Of a stretch of DNA of 64,000 nucleotides, positions 1 to 8,743 are shown in pieces (positions within the stretch are counted from its first letter, which is position 1; each line of letters starts with the position of its first letter). The translations under genes and the position numbers were made by a program. This DNA comes from a virus. Where the stretch lies: IMG/VR virus record IMGVR_UViG_3300025120_014381, positions 9,421 to 73,420 of that record; one strand, 5' to 3'. The notes under the pieces were generated by a model. The model made no database searches and was not told where the DNA came from. It was given only the letters and a program-made list of their open reading frames with translations.

Positions 1-622
1 ATATTTTTGCTGCATGTTCGAGGTATGTATTTTTGTTACGCAGTTCAAGTTGAGCGTTGTGCTCTCCTGTCACATCACTTGCAACATTGATTACTTGATA
101 TACAGCGCCACTTCCACTTTTAATAGGGTTATAAGAGCCGTAGAGCCAGACAACATCTCCTGACTTCTTTACTCTCTTAAATTTATTTTTAATATTTTCA
201 CCGTTTCTTAGCTTTTTCCAAAAGTCTCTATACTTTTTACTCTTAACAATATCATTAGGGACGAAAAGCATATGATGTAATCCTATGATTTCTTCTTGTG
301 TGAAGCCTACAGCCTTGCAAAAATTGTTATTTGCTTTGACAACGTTTCCTTTGCTGTCATAGACAACAACAATGTTTGAGTTGTTAATTGCTTTAAGTTT
401 GTCATTTATTTTTTGATTCTCATCTTTGTACTTAACATACATGTCCCAACCAAAAATAGCAGAAGCAGGCATGTAAATTATAAACAGCATTATATTAAAA
501 AGTGGGATACTGTAATTGAAGTGGATAATGTCAAGGTAAACAAAAGTTTGAGACATCATAAAAGCTATAGCTGTAAATGTTGCTAAACAAAAGGCTAACT
601 TTGTTCTTCTTTTTAATTTCAT
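1..622 (-). CDS. Membrane-anchored PAS/PAC sensor protein, probably a histidine kinase (truncated by window edge; not in ORF track)
   Basis: Manual translation from ATG at 622 (TAATG overlap with yceI stop): MKLKRRTKLAFCLATF, two hydrophobic segments, then PAS-PAC (VVYDSKGNVVKANNNFCKAVGFTQEEIIGLHH...FWKKLRNGE...KRVKKSGDVVWLYGSYNPI...VASDVT) and coiled coil ELRNKNTYLEHAAKI running off the window. Confidence 0.75.
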   Translation of the reverse strand, partial: MKLKRRTKLAFCLATFTAIAFMMSQTFVYLDIIHFNYSIPLFNIMLFIIYMPASAIFGWDMYVKYKDENQKINDKLKAINNSNIVVVYDSKGNVVKANNNFCKAVGFTQEEIIGLHHMLFVPNDIVKSKKYRDFWKKLRNGENIKNKFKRVKKSGDVVWLYGSYNPIKSGSGAVYQVINVASDVTGEHNAQLELRNKNTYLEHAAKI

Positions 623-1146
623 TATTCTTCCGATTTAAAAAACTGTAAGTCTAAAATTAGTTCTACGTTGTTATCAATTAGAAAGTTTCGAGTACTTGAG
701 GCAACAAAGTCTAAAAACCAACGTAATCTTTGCACTGTACACGTCATTTTAAAACAATATTTTTCTTGGCCACATTCATCTATAACAGTTCCGTTATACT
801 GACCTATTAATTTCACTTCCCTTGCTACTTTCTTTATTTCTAAAAGACCATTAACTATATACTCATCATCAACAATATCGACACTAGTTGATTTAAATTT
901 AATTTCAGGATAATTTTCACAATCAAAAAACTCATCAGATTTTAAGTGAATGTCCCGTTCTGGTTGTGATGTATAAAGACTTGCAACATCAATAACACAT
1001 TCAAGCTTTGCATCACTTAGATCTTCTTTTTCTGAGATTATTGTTGATTCATAGTTGTTAAAACACCCACTCACAGATGATATCATCATATGCTTTACTT
1101 TAAAAGAGATATCACTATGCGTTTGATCGATGATATATTTTGTCAT
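622..1146 (-). CDS. yceI: YceI-family lipid/polyisoprenoid-binding protein
   Basis: IDQTHSDISFKVKHMMISSVSG and RDIHLKSDEFFD...YPEIKFKS motifs. Confidence 0.85.
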   Translation of the reverse strand: MTKYIIDQTHSDISFKVKHMMISSVSGCFNNYESTIISEKEDLSDAKLECVIDVASLYTSQPERDIHLKSDEFFDCENYPEIKFKSTSVDIVDDEYIVNGLLEIKKVAREVKLIGQYNGTVIDECGQEKYCFKMTCTVQRLRWFLDFVASSTRNFLIDNNVELILDLQFFKSEE

Positions 1147-1200
1147 ATAATTAACTCCCTTATCTTATAATTATATTCACAAAACTAATTTGAGGTAAGT

Positions 1201-2022
1201 ATGGCAAAAATTAAAAATATGGGAACAGCAACAATGCGTTTTAGCGAAGGATTGATTGTTACCGGTTCTGCAGGAATAGATGAACATTCACTAGTCGTAA
1301 CAGGAAGTTCCCGAATAATTGGTAATCTAATTGTTGACAGTCGCATTGGAATTGGAACAGAAAGCCCAGACTACAAACTAGAAATCGGTGGTAGCATGTC
1401 AATCGGTGAATATATTTATCATAGAAATGATACAGATACATTTATTAGATTCGAAGCCAACAAAGTTAGTATTGATGCTGGTGCTTCTAGTGGTGATGTA
1501 ATTCTGTCAGGAAGTGTGCATGCGCCTAATGGTATTACAGGTTCTATAACAAATGCTGTTTCTGACATGGATGGTAATAGAATTTTAGGCGGTTTATATC
1601 AGCTTGACGACGGCTTAATTCAAAATCCTAATTCAAGTTATAGTAGAATTTACTTTCCCGCTGATGATACACTCGTAGAGACAGTTGGACCAGTGTCTCA
1701 TAATTATAAAATAGCACCATTTAATGGTGAACTAATAAAAATGCAAGTCAAGTCAATTCAAGATTTTACTGGGAAAGCACTAACAGCTTCGCTTCATGTA
1801 GGTACAGGTACAAATAATGCATACAGCGCCACACCTGCTGTCTCTGTTGTGCTCAATGGTCAAGCTGCTCATTCCGTGTATACCTTTGATTTTCTTGGAA
1901 GAAGTGGAACAACATTTAGCGAAGGTAATATATTTGGATTTAGCTTAGAATTGTCTGAAAATTTTGCCGGCAACGAAACAATACACTTTACATCAGTTGT
2001 TAGATTTAATCCTTACTCTTAA
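1201..2022 (+). CDS. Virion structural / tail-fibre-like protein
   Basis: RIGIGTESPDYKLEIGG fibre repeat, VTGS/LSGS motifs, GAGG RBS upstream. Confidence 0.55.
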   Translation: MAKIKNMGTATMRFSEGLIVTGSAGIDEHSLVVTGSSRIIGNLIVDSRIGIGTESPDYKLEIGGSMSIGEYIYHRNDTDTFIRFEANKVSIDAGASSGDVILSGSVHAPNGITGSITNAVSDMDGNRILGGLYQLDDGLIQNPNSSYSRIYFPADDTLVETVGPVSHNYKIAPFNGELIKMQVKSIQDFTGKALTASLHVGTGTNNAYSATPAVSVVLNGQAAHSVYTFDFLGRSGTTFSEGNIFGFSLELSENFAGNETIHFTSVVRFNPYS

Positions 2023-2529
2023 TCATTCTGGAAACCAAAATTTAGTTCCCATTTGCATATACGCTGGATGCATAATATGACCAACAACTTCGACATGACC
2101 TAATCCAAGTGCATGACCTAATTCGTGCTCGAGTAATAAGTCAAGATTATATGTACCAGGCCTGAGTTTGATTACTGCACCCCTCATCCAGCGAAGCTGT
2201 GTATATCTTGCAGTTTGCCCTAATACATTTATATTGTTTAACCTGGCATCACGTCTTATGATAATAAACCCTTCTAGATATTCGTGGGCGCATGTTTCTT
2301 TTGAAGGATTCATTTCGTACATTGCTATTGGAAACCCTCTAAGCGTCCAGTAGTTAATGGCTCTAATAACAACAATTTCAGGGAGAGGTTTACCATAGCA
2401 GTTTAAAATAACAGGAGGTTCTGGCCACACCCATGCTTGAAAAACATTTGCTTCGTAAACTCTTTTCATTCCTAGTCCTAAAAAGAAACCAAAAATTAAT
2501 GTAATAAAAAGATTAAACTGTTTACTCAT
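2023..2529 (-). CDS. Matrixin-like (metzincin) zinc metalloprotease with N-terminal membrane anchor/signal
   Basis: HELGHALGLGH zinc motif plus Met-turn HIMHP; hydrophobic N-terminus. Confidence 0.8.
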   Translation of the reverse strand: MSKQFNLFITLIFGFFLGLGMKRVYEANVFQAWVWPEPPVILNCYGKPLPEIVVIRAINYWTLRGFPIAMYEMNPSKETCAHEYLEGFIIIRRDARLNNINVLGQTARYTQLRWMRGAVIKLRPGTYNLDLLLEHELGHALGLGHVEVVGHIMHPAYMQMGTKFWFPE

Positions 2530-4108
2530 CGCCGCATCCCCAAACTGCGTATTCTATTGTTATTGTTTGCCCGGGATCTGGTATGTTTCTTTCGTTAAAT
2601 AACACAGAGTTAGTGGACGGTTCATACACCCACTCATAAGTCAGCTGGCCATTAACTGTTACGCTTATTGTCGACTCAATCGGGTCATTTTCATCTATAG
2701 CGAAAGATATTTGTGTTGTGACTGTGTTTGCAAGGTTCTGCATTTGTTGGCCCCAATCAGCAGCACATATTGAATACCATGCTCCATTATACCTCTGGGT
2801 CATATCATAATAACCCGCGCCAAACTGTATATTACGATTTGATGATATATAAGGGAAATTACATCCACCTGGGTAATCACCTATCACAGCAAATTGTCTC
2901 ATTAAATCAATAGATAATTTAAAACTATCAAAGAAGTTTGTATACGATATCCAACCTCCTTGTGAATGATCTGGTTCATCAGAAACATAGATTATCACCA
3001 TAGTTGCATTTTCTCTATAGTAATGATTTCCTGGCGCAGCATCTCCTTCTAATGCATATTTTGCCATTTCAATACCCTTTTCCATTCCGCTCCCCCTAAT
3101 CCCAATAGAAGAAATTACATTTTGCACCCACAAAACCGGGCTTGGATGTGTTGAATCAATCCAAGAATATCCGTCATATTGTCTAAACCTTGCTTCGTCT
3201 GTTGTAATAACAGCAAGATGATAATCTGAACCGGTACTTTCAAATACATTCATAAAAGAGTTCATTTGACTACTAAGCTCTTGTTGAAATATATTCATTG
3301 ATCCGGAGTTATCAACTACAAAAAGCACATCTAAAAGAGATATCTCTTCTTGAATATTCGTTTGTGTGTGCCAATGCTCGACGTCTCCTTCGCCATACTG
3401 CACCACCTCTGTAAGCGGCAATACTGGATCGTTTCCTTCTATTCTAATTACACTTTCATCATAACTAATATCAATCGGTGTATATGAAACTAGAAAATCA
3501 ACTTCTTGCCCGGGCATTAATTCCCACGGTGGTGGAGGTAAGCTTCCCATTTCCATAATTATGTCTTGCGGTTGTGTTACCATTTGTGTGACGCTGTCCA
3601 CCGTCAACACCAGATTCCCGTCGTTGCGTATGGTGATTCTTTCTTCGTTGTCACATCCTATACTTATCTGACCGTAATCAAAGACTTCTGGTGTTACTGT
3701 CATGACTGGTGCGTCACCAAAACCAGAGACAGGCAACTCATACTCATTTTCATCTTCATCGTTAGTAACAAATCTAATTAAAGCGCCATTACTTTCGAAA
3801 GTCTCAGGAATATAATACACGTTAAATTCTTGTGTTTCTCCCGGGCCAATCGTGTAATTTTCTAATAAACTATCATCAAGGCTGAACCGGTCATTACCTG
3901 AAACTAGTTCTGGGTAGCTTATAATTAATTCTTCATCACCCGCATTAATAACAGCAAAAGTTGCTTGTCCAGATTCTAATCCGGACTGTAAATGTCCAAA
4001 TTCAATAGATTCAGGATAAACAACTAATTCTGGCTCAGTTTGTATTACTTTGTTGACGCCGTAATCATTGCAAGAAAGAAACAGTAAAGCAAATAGAATG
4101 TACCACAT
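2522..4108 (-). CDS. Lipoprotein with two Ig-like (ASH/choice-of-anchor D) domains and a VWA domain
   Basis: Lipobox LFLSC; VINAGDEELII and IRNDGNLVLTV Ig-like repeats; MIDAS motif DVLFVVDNSGSM; IIYVSDEPD. Confidence 0.75.
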   Translation of the reverse strand: MWYILFALLFLSCNDYGVNKVIQTEPELVVYPESIEFGHLQSGLESGQATFAVINAGDEELIISYPELVSGNDRFSLDDSLLENYTIGPGETQEFNVYYIPETFESNGALIRFVTNDEDENEYELPVSGFGDAPVMTVTPEVFDYGQISIGCDNEERITIRNDGNLVLTVDSVTQMVTQPQDIIMEMGSLPPPPWELMPGQEVDFLVSYTPIDISYDESVIRIEGNDPVLPLTEVVQYGEGDVEHWHTQTNIQEEISLLDVLFVVDNSGSMNIFQQELSSQMNSFMNVFESTGSDYHLAVITTDEARFRQYDGYSWIDSTHPSPVLWVQNVISSIGIRGSGMEKGIEMAKYALEGDAAPGNHYYRENATMVIIYVSDEPDHSQGGWISYTNFFDSFKLSIDLMRQFAVIGDYPGGCNFPYISSNRNIQFGAGYYDMTQRYNGAWYSICAADWGQQMQNLANTVTTQISFAIDENDPIESTISVTVNGQLTYEWVYEPSTNSVLFNERNIPDPGQTITIEYAVWGCGDE

Positions 4109-4150
4109 AAAACACCCCCATATTTTTAAATATAGGAAATATTTTATTTT

Positions 4151-4336
4151 TTACGAAAATGTCACATGATCTGACAATAAAGCGTCAATTTTTTTGATTG
4201 TTTCACCTATTAGCTCAATGTGTTCGATTTCTCGCATAATAGCGTTGCGATTACTTCTCCAGTCATTTCTTTTCTGAAAATTTTCTATTAACGTCATTCT
4301 AATGTTGACTAGTGCTTGTATTGTTTCTTTATCCAT
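4151..4336 (-). CDS. Hypothetical protein
   Basis: Short ORF overlapping upstream stop, operon context. Confidence 0.55.
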   Translation of the reverse strand: MDKETIQALVNIRMTLIENFQKRNDWRSNRNAIMREIEHIELIGETIKKIDALLSDHVTFS

Positions 4337-4901
4337 TCGTCACTCCTTGTAAAAACCAGTCAGGTGTTTTTGAACGAGGTTCCCACTTAGCAAACCTGAC
4401 CTTGTCTTTAATATAATACTTTCTATAGCTTTGTATAGGATCATCACCAACTTTATATTCTTCTTTCATGCAGATAGGAAATGGAGTTCTACCTTTCACA
4501 GGAAAGCTGGCAGGACCATTTTTTATGAGCCAATGATAAACCTCAGTAGACTTGTGAATCTTGTCATACCTCAAATTATACTCACGTAGTAAACACCGCA
4601 TTAACTCCATATGCCAACCATAGTTTTCTGCCGACTGTCTAGTCCAGATAGTGCAAGGATGATTGACGTGTGTCAGTCCCCATGGTGGCTGTTTATCTTG
4701 AGGCACGTTAACCCTTAAATATTCTTTAGCGTCTCGCATCAGCTTAAAGTCTGATCTCGTTTTGCCAAACTTATCAAGCCAACTCATCCAGTGCGCAGCG
4801 CATCCCATTTGACCTGCCTCTAAAATCATTTTAACCACGTGTTTATTGCAGTGGTATTCTGCAGCCTTCTGAGGCTGTTCATCTAATACGAACATATTCA
4901 T
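4329..4901 (-). CDS. Pyrimidine-dimer DNA glycosylase family protein (DenV-related)
   Basis: MNMFVLD...HCNKHVVKMILEAGQM, THVNHPCTIW, SYRKYY motifs. Confidence 0.75.
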   Translation of the reverse strand: MNMFVLDEQPQKAAEYHCNKHVVKMILEAGQMGCAAHWMSWLDKFGKTRSDFKLMRDAKEYLRVNVPQDKQPPWGLTHVNHPCTIWTRQSAENYGWHMELMRCLLREYNLRYDKIHKSTEVYHWLIKNGPASFPVKGRTPFPICMKEEYKVGDDPIQSYRKYYIKDKVRFAKWEPRSKTPDWFLQGVTNG

Positions 4902-4903
4902 TT

Positions 4904-5698
4904 TTACTTTCCTAGTAAAGTGTTAATAATTTTAATTGTTTGTTCGGGGTTTTTAGTTTCAAAACTTCTGTTAGGATCTTTTTCTTTAATGACTTCATAA
5001 AGTTCTTTGTCGTTACCGTTCTGTCTACATCTATCACCAATAAACCAGATAGCGTCTTCTTGGCTAAAATTTCTCAAAACAAGTGATTTGTCCCACCCAC
5101 GTGGGTATATATCAAAAGATGTTGAACCACCTAGTTTAACGTCAACATTTTCATATAGTGGCGATCTAAAGTACGCGTCCAGTAAAGACGCTCTGATGTT
5201 ATGCTTCACGTCTAATGTTTTCCACACTGTTCTCTCGTCATGACTAGCATTTCTCCCAATAGGGCACCAGTTTATCATAGACCCGCGACAGTCAATAAAA
5301 TTACCTGTCAGTGGAATATGTCTACTGTAAACTTTACGTTTGATGCGCAATTGATTTTCAATTAAGTGATATATAATATTTTTATACTTTACTTTACCAA
5401 GTTCTTTTTCCATAGACATGTTGTATATGACTTTTTCTAAATTAGCCTCATAACGTATGTACTTGGTGCCATTATGTGGAAAGTAATACAGCTTATCATG
5501 ATCAAAATTAAAATCTTCAAACATGATAGTGCATTGTTCTTTGATGTAATCCATACCAGAGCCGGTAACAATTCCAATTTCATATCCACACTCGTGGAGG
5601 CCTTTAAGCATATCGAGAACTGAACGTTCCATCGCTTTTCTGGCAGGTGTTAGTGTACCATCCATATCAAACAAAACTATTTTTTTCATGCTAATCAC
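4904..5698 (-). CDS. HAD-IIB phosphomannomutase (eukaryotic PMM-like)
   Basis: LFDMDGTLTPAR, VTGS, FIDCRGSMINWCPIGRNA, GGSTSFDIYPRGWDK, FIGDRC...GND. Confidence 0.8.
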   Translation of the reverse strand: MISMKKIVLFDMDGTLTPARKAMERSVLDMLKGLHECGYEIGIVTGSGMDYIKEQCTIMFEDFNFDHDKLYYFPHNGTKYIRYEANLEKVIYNMSMEKELGKVKYKNIIYHLIENQLRIKRKVYSRHIPLTGNFIDCRGSMINWCPIGRNASHDERTVWKTLDVKHNIRASLLDAYFRSPLYENVDVKLGGSTSFDIYPRGWDKSLVLRNFSQEDAIWFIGDRCRQNGNDKELYEVIKEKDPNRSFETKNPEQTIKIINTLLGK

Positions 5699-6147
5699 TC
5701 CTTACAGAAGTTTCTAACTGCGTTTATCAACCAGGAAGAAGATTGTGGCTTATCATTTCCGCCCATCCCCCAGACCATTTGTATACCTAATTCTTTACAC
5801 AAATCCATTTCAGGTGTATTTCTGTCTCCTCTATCTCCACCATTTGCAAAAATATGTGGGTCAAGATGACGTAATGTTTCACAAACTGTGTTGTCATCGT
5901 CTTTAGCTTCAACAACATCAACAACGCCTTTGATTGCATACAATATTTCTTGTCTCTCTTCATAAGGCATAAAAGCGTAACCTTTCTTTCGAACAAGCCA
6001 TTCATCAGAATTTGCAATGACAATCACATTGCCAAGTTTTGATGCATCTTGTATCATTCTTACATGCCCTATGTGGATCGGATCAAAACCACCAGAAACA
6101 CAAACTATTTTTTTATTATCTATAAGTTGTCTTTTTTCTTTTTTCAA
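5695..6147 (-). CDS. Cytidylyltransferase-like nucleotidyltransferase (HIGH family; TagD/RfaE-II/RibL-like)
   Basis: VSGGFDPIHIGH, NSDEWL.RKKG, FANGGDR, QSSS. Confidence 0.85.
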   Translation of the reverse strand: MKKEKRQLIDNKKIVCVSGGFDPIHIGHVRMIQDASKLGNVIVIANSDEWLVRKKGYAFMPYEERQEILYAIKGVVDVVEAKDDDNTVCETLRHLDPHIFANGGDRGDRNTPEMDLCKELGIQMVWGMGGNDKPQSSSWLINAVRNFCKE

Positions 6148-6377
6148 TGTGCTTTACCCTTTATATCGTAGTATGTAACGTTTATTATTCTACCTTGTGC
6201 CAAAACTTTGTACACTTTTTCCCAAATTAATTCTTTTGTACACCACAAATCATCATATTCTTTAGTATATCTCTTGTCGTGCTCTGACAATATTACGCCG
6301 ATAAAAAAAGCGTTGTCATTCTTAGACAACGCTCTACCACGCACAATTACTAAGTCACCTTTCTTATAAGAAGACAA
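6144..6377 (-). CDS. Hypothetical small beta-barrel-like protein
   Basis: YKKGDLVIV start; GGAGG RBS. Confidence 0.5.
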   Translation of the reverse strand: MSSYKKGDLVIVRGRALSKNDNAFFIGVILSEHDKRYTKEYDDLWCTKELIWEKVYKVLAQGRIINVTYYDIKGKAH

Positions 6378-6402
6378 CTTAAACCTCCAAGCTGAGAATA
6401 TT

Positions 6403-6951
6403 TTAGCCTACACCTTCAAAAGATGCTGTACCGTTGATGCTACCTGTTAAAGACGGGAATTCACCGCTAGATATCATGGTCAAACCTGCTAAAATAGAGA
6501 ATGAAGTTGCATGAGCTGCGGCAGGTGTGTTATCAGATGCGTTTGACATAAAAAATATTTCTTTGCAACGTATGTCTAAATTAATCACTGTACCGAAAGT
6601 ATCTGGATTTTGTGCTTTAGTGGCGGAAGCTGAGGGTATCAAGAAAAAGTTTCTATTATCTGTAGCTGAGATTGATGTTTTTGCTGATCCTCCGAGACTC
6701 ACAGGCAACCTTTCTCCAGGTGCAAACATGCCTCGTTTGCTAAAACCAACTCTTAATTCATTCGCGCCAGTATTCCTGATAGTTATGTGCTTCGTAACAA
6801 AAGGGAACGAAACAGAAACTGGCTCTGGGCTAGCACTATTTGCATCAATACCTTTTACTTCTGATGCTGCTGAACTCGTTACGAAAGGTATACCACTTAC
6901 TTGATACGCAGGTACAAAACTCGGACCTGACTTTGGCCAATTTATTGACAT
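6403..6951 (-). CDS. Hypothetical, probably virion-associated protein
   Basis: PAYQVSGIPFVTSS, LTGS motif; preceded by ATAATTA motif and GGAG RBS. Confidence 0.5.
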   Translation of the reverse strand: MSINWPKSGPSFVPAYQVSGIPFVTSSAASEVKGIDANSASPEPVSVSFPFVTKHITIRNTGANELRVGFSKRGMFAPGERLPVSLGGSAKTSISATDNRNFFLIPSASATKAQNPDTFGTVINLDIRCKEIFFMSNASDNTPAAAHATSFSILAGLTMISSGEFPSLTGSINGTASFEGVG

Positions 6952-6978
6952 TGTAATCTCCTATTTTACTCTATGATA

Positions 6979-7137
6979 TTAATTATCTGTCACAACTGAT
7001 AAAATATACCATTCTTCTAATTTACCTTTTGTCAGCACTGTCAGATAATTTGGGTGCACTTGGTTGTTTTTTACGACGATTCCTAGTTTTTTTTGTTTTT
7101 TGTGTTTTACTAGTTTGCCTATGTACCTTTCGCTCAT
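6979..7137 (-). CDS. Hypothetical small protein (probable start MSERYIGKLV)
   Basis: IGKLVKHKK...GIVV pattern; overlaps the 7022-7345 ORF in another frame. Confidence 0.35.
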   Translation of the reverse strand: MSERYIGKLVKHKKQKKLGIVVKNNQVHPNYLTVLTKGKLEEWYILSVVTDN

Positions 7138-7345
7138 CTTTTGCTTCTTCCAACTTATCATCTTTATGACTAACAGCTTTGTTATATTCTTGCAAGCCAC
7201 AAGGAATAAATCCGCGATATTCACAATATTCTATTAACCTTTCGTATGAAGTTAATTTATTTTTGTCGATAAAGATTTTTAAATTGGTTTTGTTTCGACG
7301 GAGTATATACTCTAATTTAATGCTCATAATCATCACCCTCCCCAA
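7022..7345 (-). CDS. Hypothetical basic protein
   Basis: ORF in operon downstream of sigma gene. Confidence 0.5.
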   Translation of the reverse strand: MGRVMIMSIKLEYILRRNKTNLKIFIDKNKLTSYERLIEYCEYRGFIPCGLQEYNKAVSHKDDKLEEAKDERKVHRQTSKTQKTKKTRNRRKKQPSAPKLSDSADKR

Positions 7346-7595
7346 GTTTTTGATAAAACCCGTTATCTATATATACTTCGGTGAATAAGTTTTTAACTAG
7401 TTTGAATGCAGCATTGCCATACTTTTGTTTAATATTTTCCAAGATTTCCCCTGGGTGATGATGTGCATCACTACTTAAACTAGCTTGGATATCTGCTAAG
7501 AGAGTGTCAGACATGTCTTGATCCCAGTCGACACTCTCAAGTAAGGCAGTTCTAAAATTTAGATCTAGAAAAATTGATTTATTATAGTCTGTCAA
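7317..7595 (-). CDS. Hypothetical protein
   Basis: ORF overlapping neighbours, GAGG RBS. Confidence 0.55.
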   Translation of the reverse strand: MTDYNKSIFLDLNFRTALLESVDWDQDMSDTLLADIQASLSSDAHHHPGEILENIKQKYGNAAFKLVKNLFTEVYIDNGFYQKLGEGDDYEH

Positions 7596-7872
7596 CTACT
7601 TCCTCGCTCATAAAACCGCGAACTGAATCCTGAAAATCCGGATTAATAGCTAGCTTTTTTAAATCTTTTTCACTTAGCTTCAAATCATACAAGCTAGCTA
7701 TTTCATCAGCAACTTTTATCAGTGCATTAACAAAAACGTTTCTTGCAGTTGAATGATTCATTTTAAAACCAGCATCGCGCATTTCATCTGCTATTTCATG
7801 GTACGTCATACCATCAAACAACTTAGACGTACCGTAACCATTTTCACTTTTAAATCCTTTTGGCATTGCCAT
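7582..7872 (-). CDS. Stand-alone HTH protein resembling sigma70 region 4.2
   Basis: GMTYHEIADEM...MNHSTARNVFVNALIKV matches the TLEEIG...TRERVRQIE.KAL.KL pattern; own GGGAGA RBS. Confidence 0.6.
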   Translation of the reverse strand: MAMPKGFKSENGYGTSKLFDGMTYHEIADEMRDAGFKMNHSTARNVFVNALIKVADEIASLYDLKLSEKDLKKLAINPDFQDSVRGFMSEEVVDRL

Positions 7873-7893
7873 AATATATCTCCCTGTATTATT

Positions 7894-8643
7894 TTATTGT
7901 GCTAATTCTATTTCGTAAATATTTTCATCATTTTCGCTAACTTCAGATATACCAAATCGCATGCGAAGAACTAGTTCCTCACGCTTAGTTAACGAAGTTA
8001 ACGCCTTAACAATCCTAGCTCTGATTAGTTGATTATCCAGAATCTGTTCAATGTTTAGACTGTCATTGTCGGGTATTATGTCACCAAGTGTCCTGTTACC
8101 TTCTTCACCAATTTGCTGGTCAATAGACGCAACGCTTTTTGTTTTTACTGCTTCTAGCGCATTACGAACATGTTTTTCTGTTAAGCCAAGCGCTTCACAA
8201 ATCTCGTCCATTGTAGGTTCATGGCCAAACTCGTCTTGGTACTCCTGCCTGAGTTGCCAAATTTTTCGAGCATTTGCTAAAGTATGGGAAGGAACTTTTA
8301 AGAGTGTGCTGTTTGAAGTCAAACTACGTGTGACAGCTTGTTTTATCCACCAACAAGCGTATGTTGAAAATTTAAAACCTTTGCGCCAATCAAATTTTTC
8401 AACAGCTTTGATTAATCCAATGTTGCTTTCTTGAATTAAATCTTCTAAGCTGCCACCATACTTGGCATATTTTTTGGCAATTGAAATAGCCAATCTAAGA
8501 TTGGATTCAATCATTATTCGTCTTGCTCTTAAGTCACCAGCTTCAATTCGTTTTGCTAATTCGACTTCTTGTTCTCTGGTCAAAAGCTTTGTGTGTCTTT
8601 TTATATCTCGAAAATACATCTCGAGAGAGGTTTTTGTTTCCAT
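7894..8643 (-). CDS. Phage sigma70-family (RpoD/RpoS-like) RNA polymerase sigma factor lacking the region 4.2 HTH
   Basis: LLTREQEVELAKRI, ESNLRLAISIAKKY, DLIQESNIGLIKAVEKFDWRKGFKFSTYACWWIKQAV, region 3 EPTMDEI, ends LTKREELVLRMRFGI plus 17 aa; start placed at ATG 8643 after GGAG. Confidence 0.9.
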   Translation of the reverse strand: METKTSLEMYFRDIKRHTKLLTREQEVELAKRIEAGDLRARRIMIESNLRLAISIAKKYAKYGGSLEDLIQESNIGLIKAVEKFDWRKGFKFSTYACWWIKQAVTRSLTSNSTLLKVPSHTLANARKIWQLRQEYQDEFGHEPTMDEICEALGLTEKHVRNALEAVKTKSVASIDQQIGEEGNRTLGDIIPDNDSLNIEQILDNQLIRARIVKALTSLTKREELVLRMRFGISEVSENDENIYEIELAQ

Positions 8644-8690
8644 ATTATTTATCTCCAATGTTTAATGTTTAATGTTTAGTTTGTATTGTT

Positions 8691-8719
8691 ATTATACTAT
8701 GAAAGTGCGCAGGTTACAC
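8691..8719 (-). promoter_or_regulatory. Promoter GTGTAA-N17-TATAAT upstream of the sigma gene
   Basis: -35 at 8714-8719, -10 at 8691-8696 on minus strand. Confidence 0.65.
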
Positions 8720-8727
8720 CTGCGCAC
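8702..8727 (-). terminator. Hairpin/terminator after hsp20 with the -35 box in its loop
   Basis: GTGCGCAGG-TGTAA-CCTGCGCAC-TTTC; short U tract. Confidence 0.55.
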
Positions 8728-8743
8728 CCATAATTATTATTAA

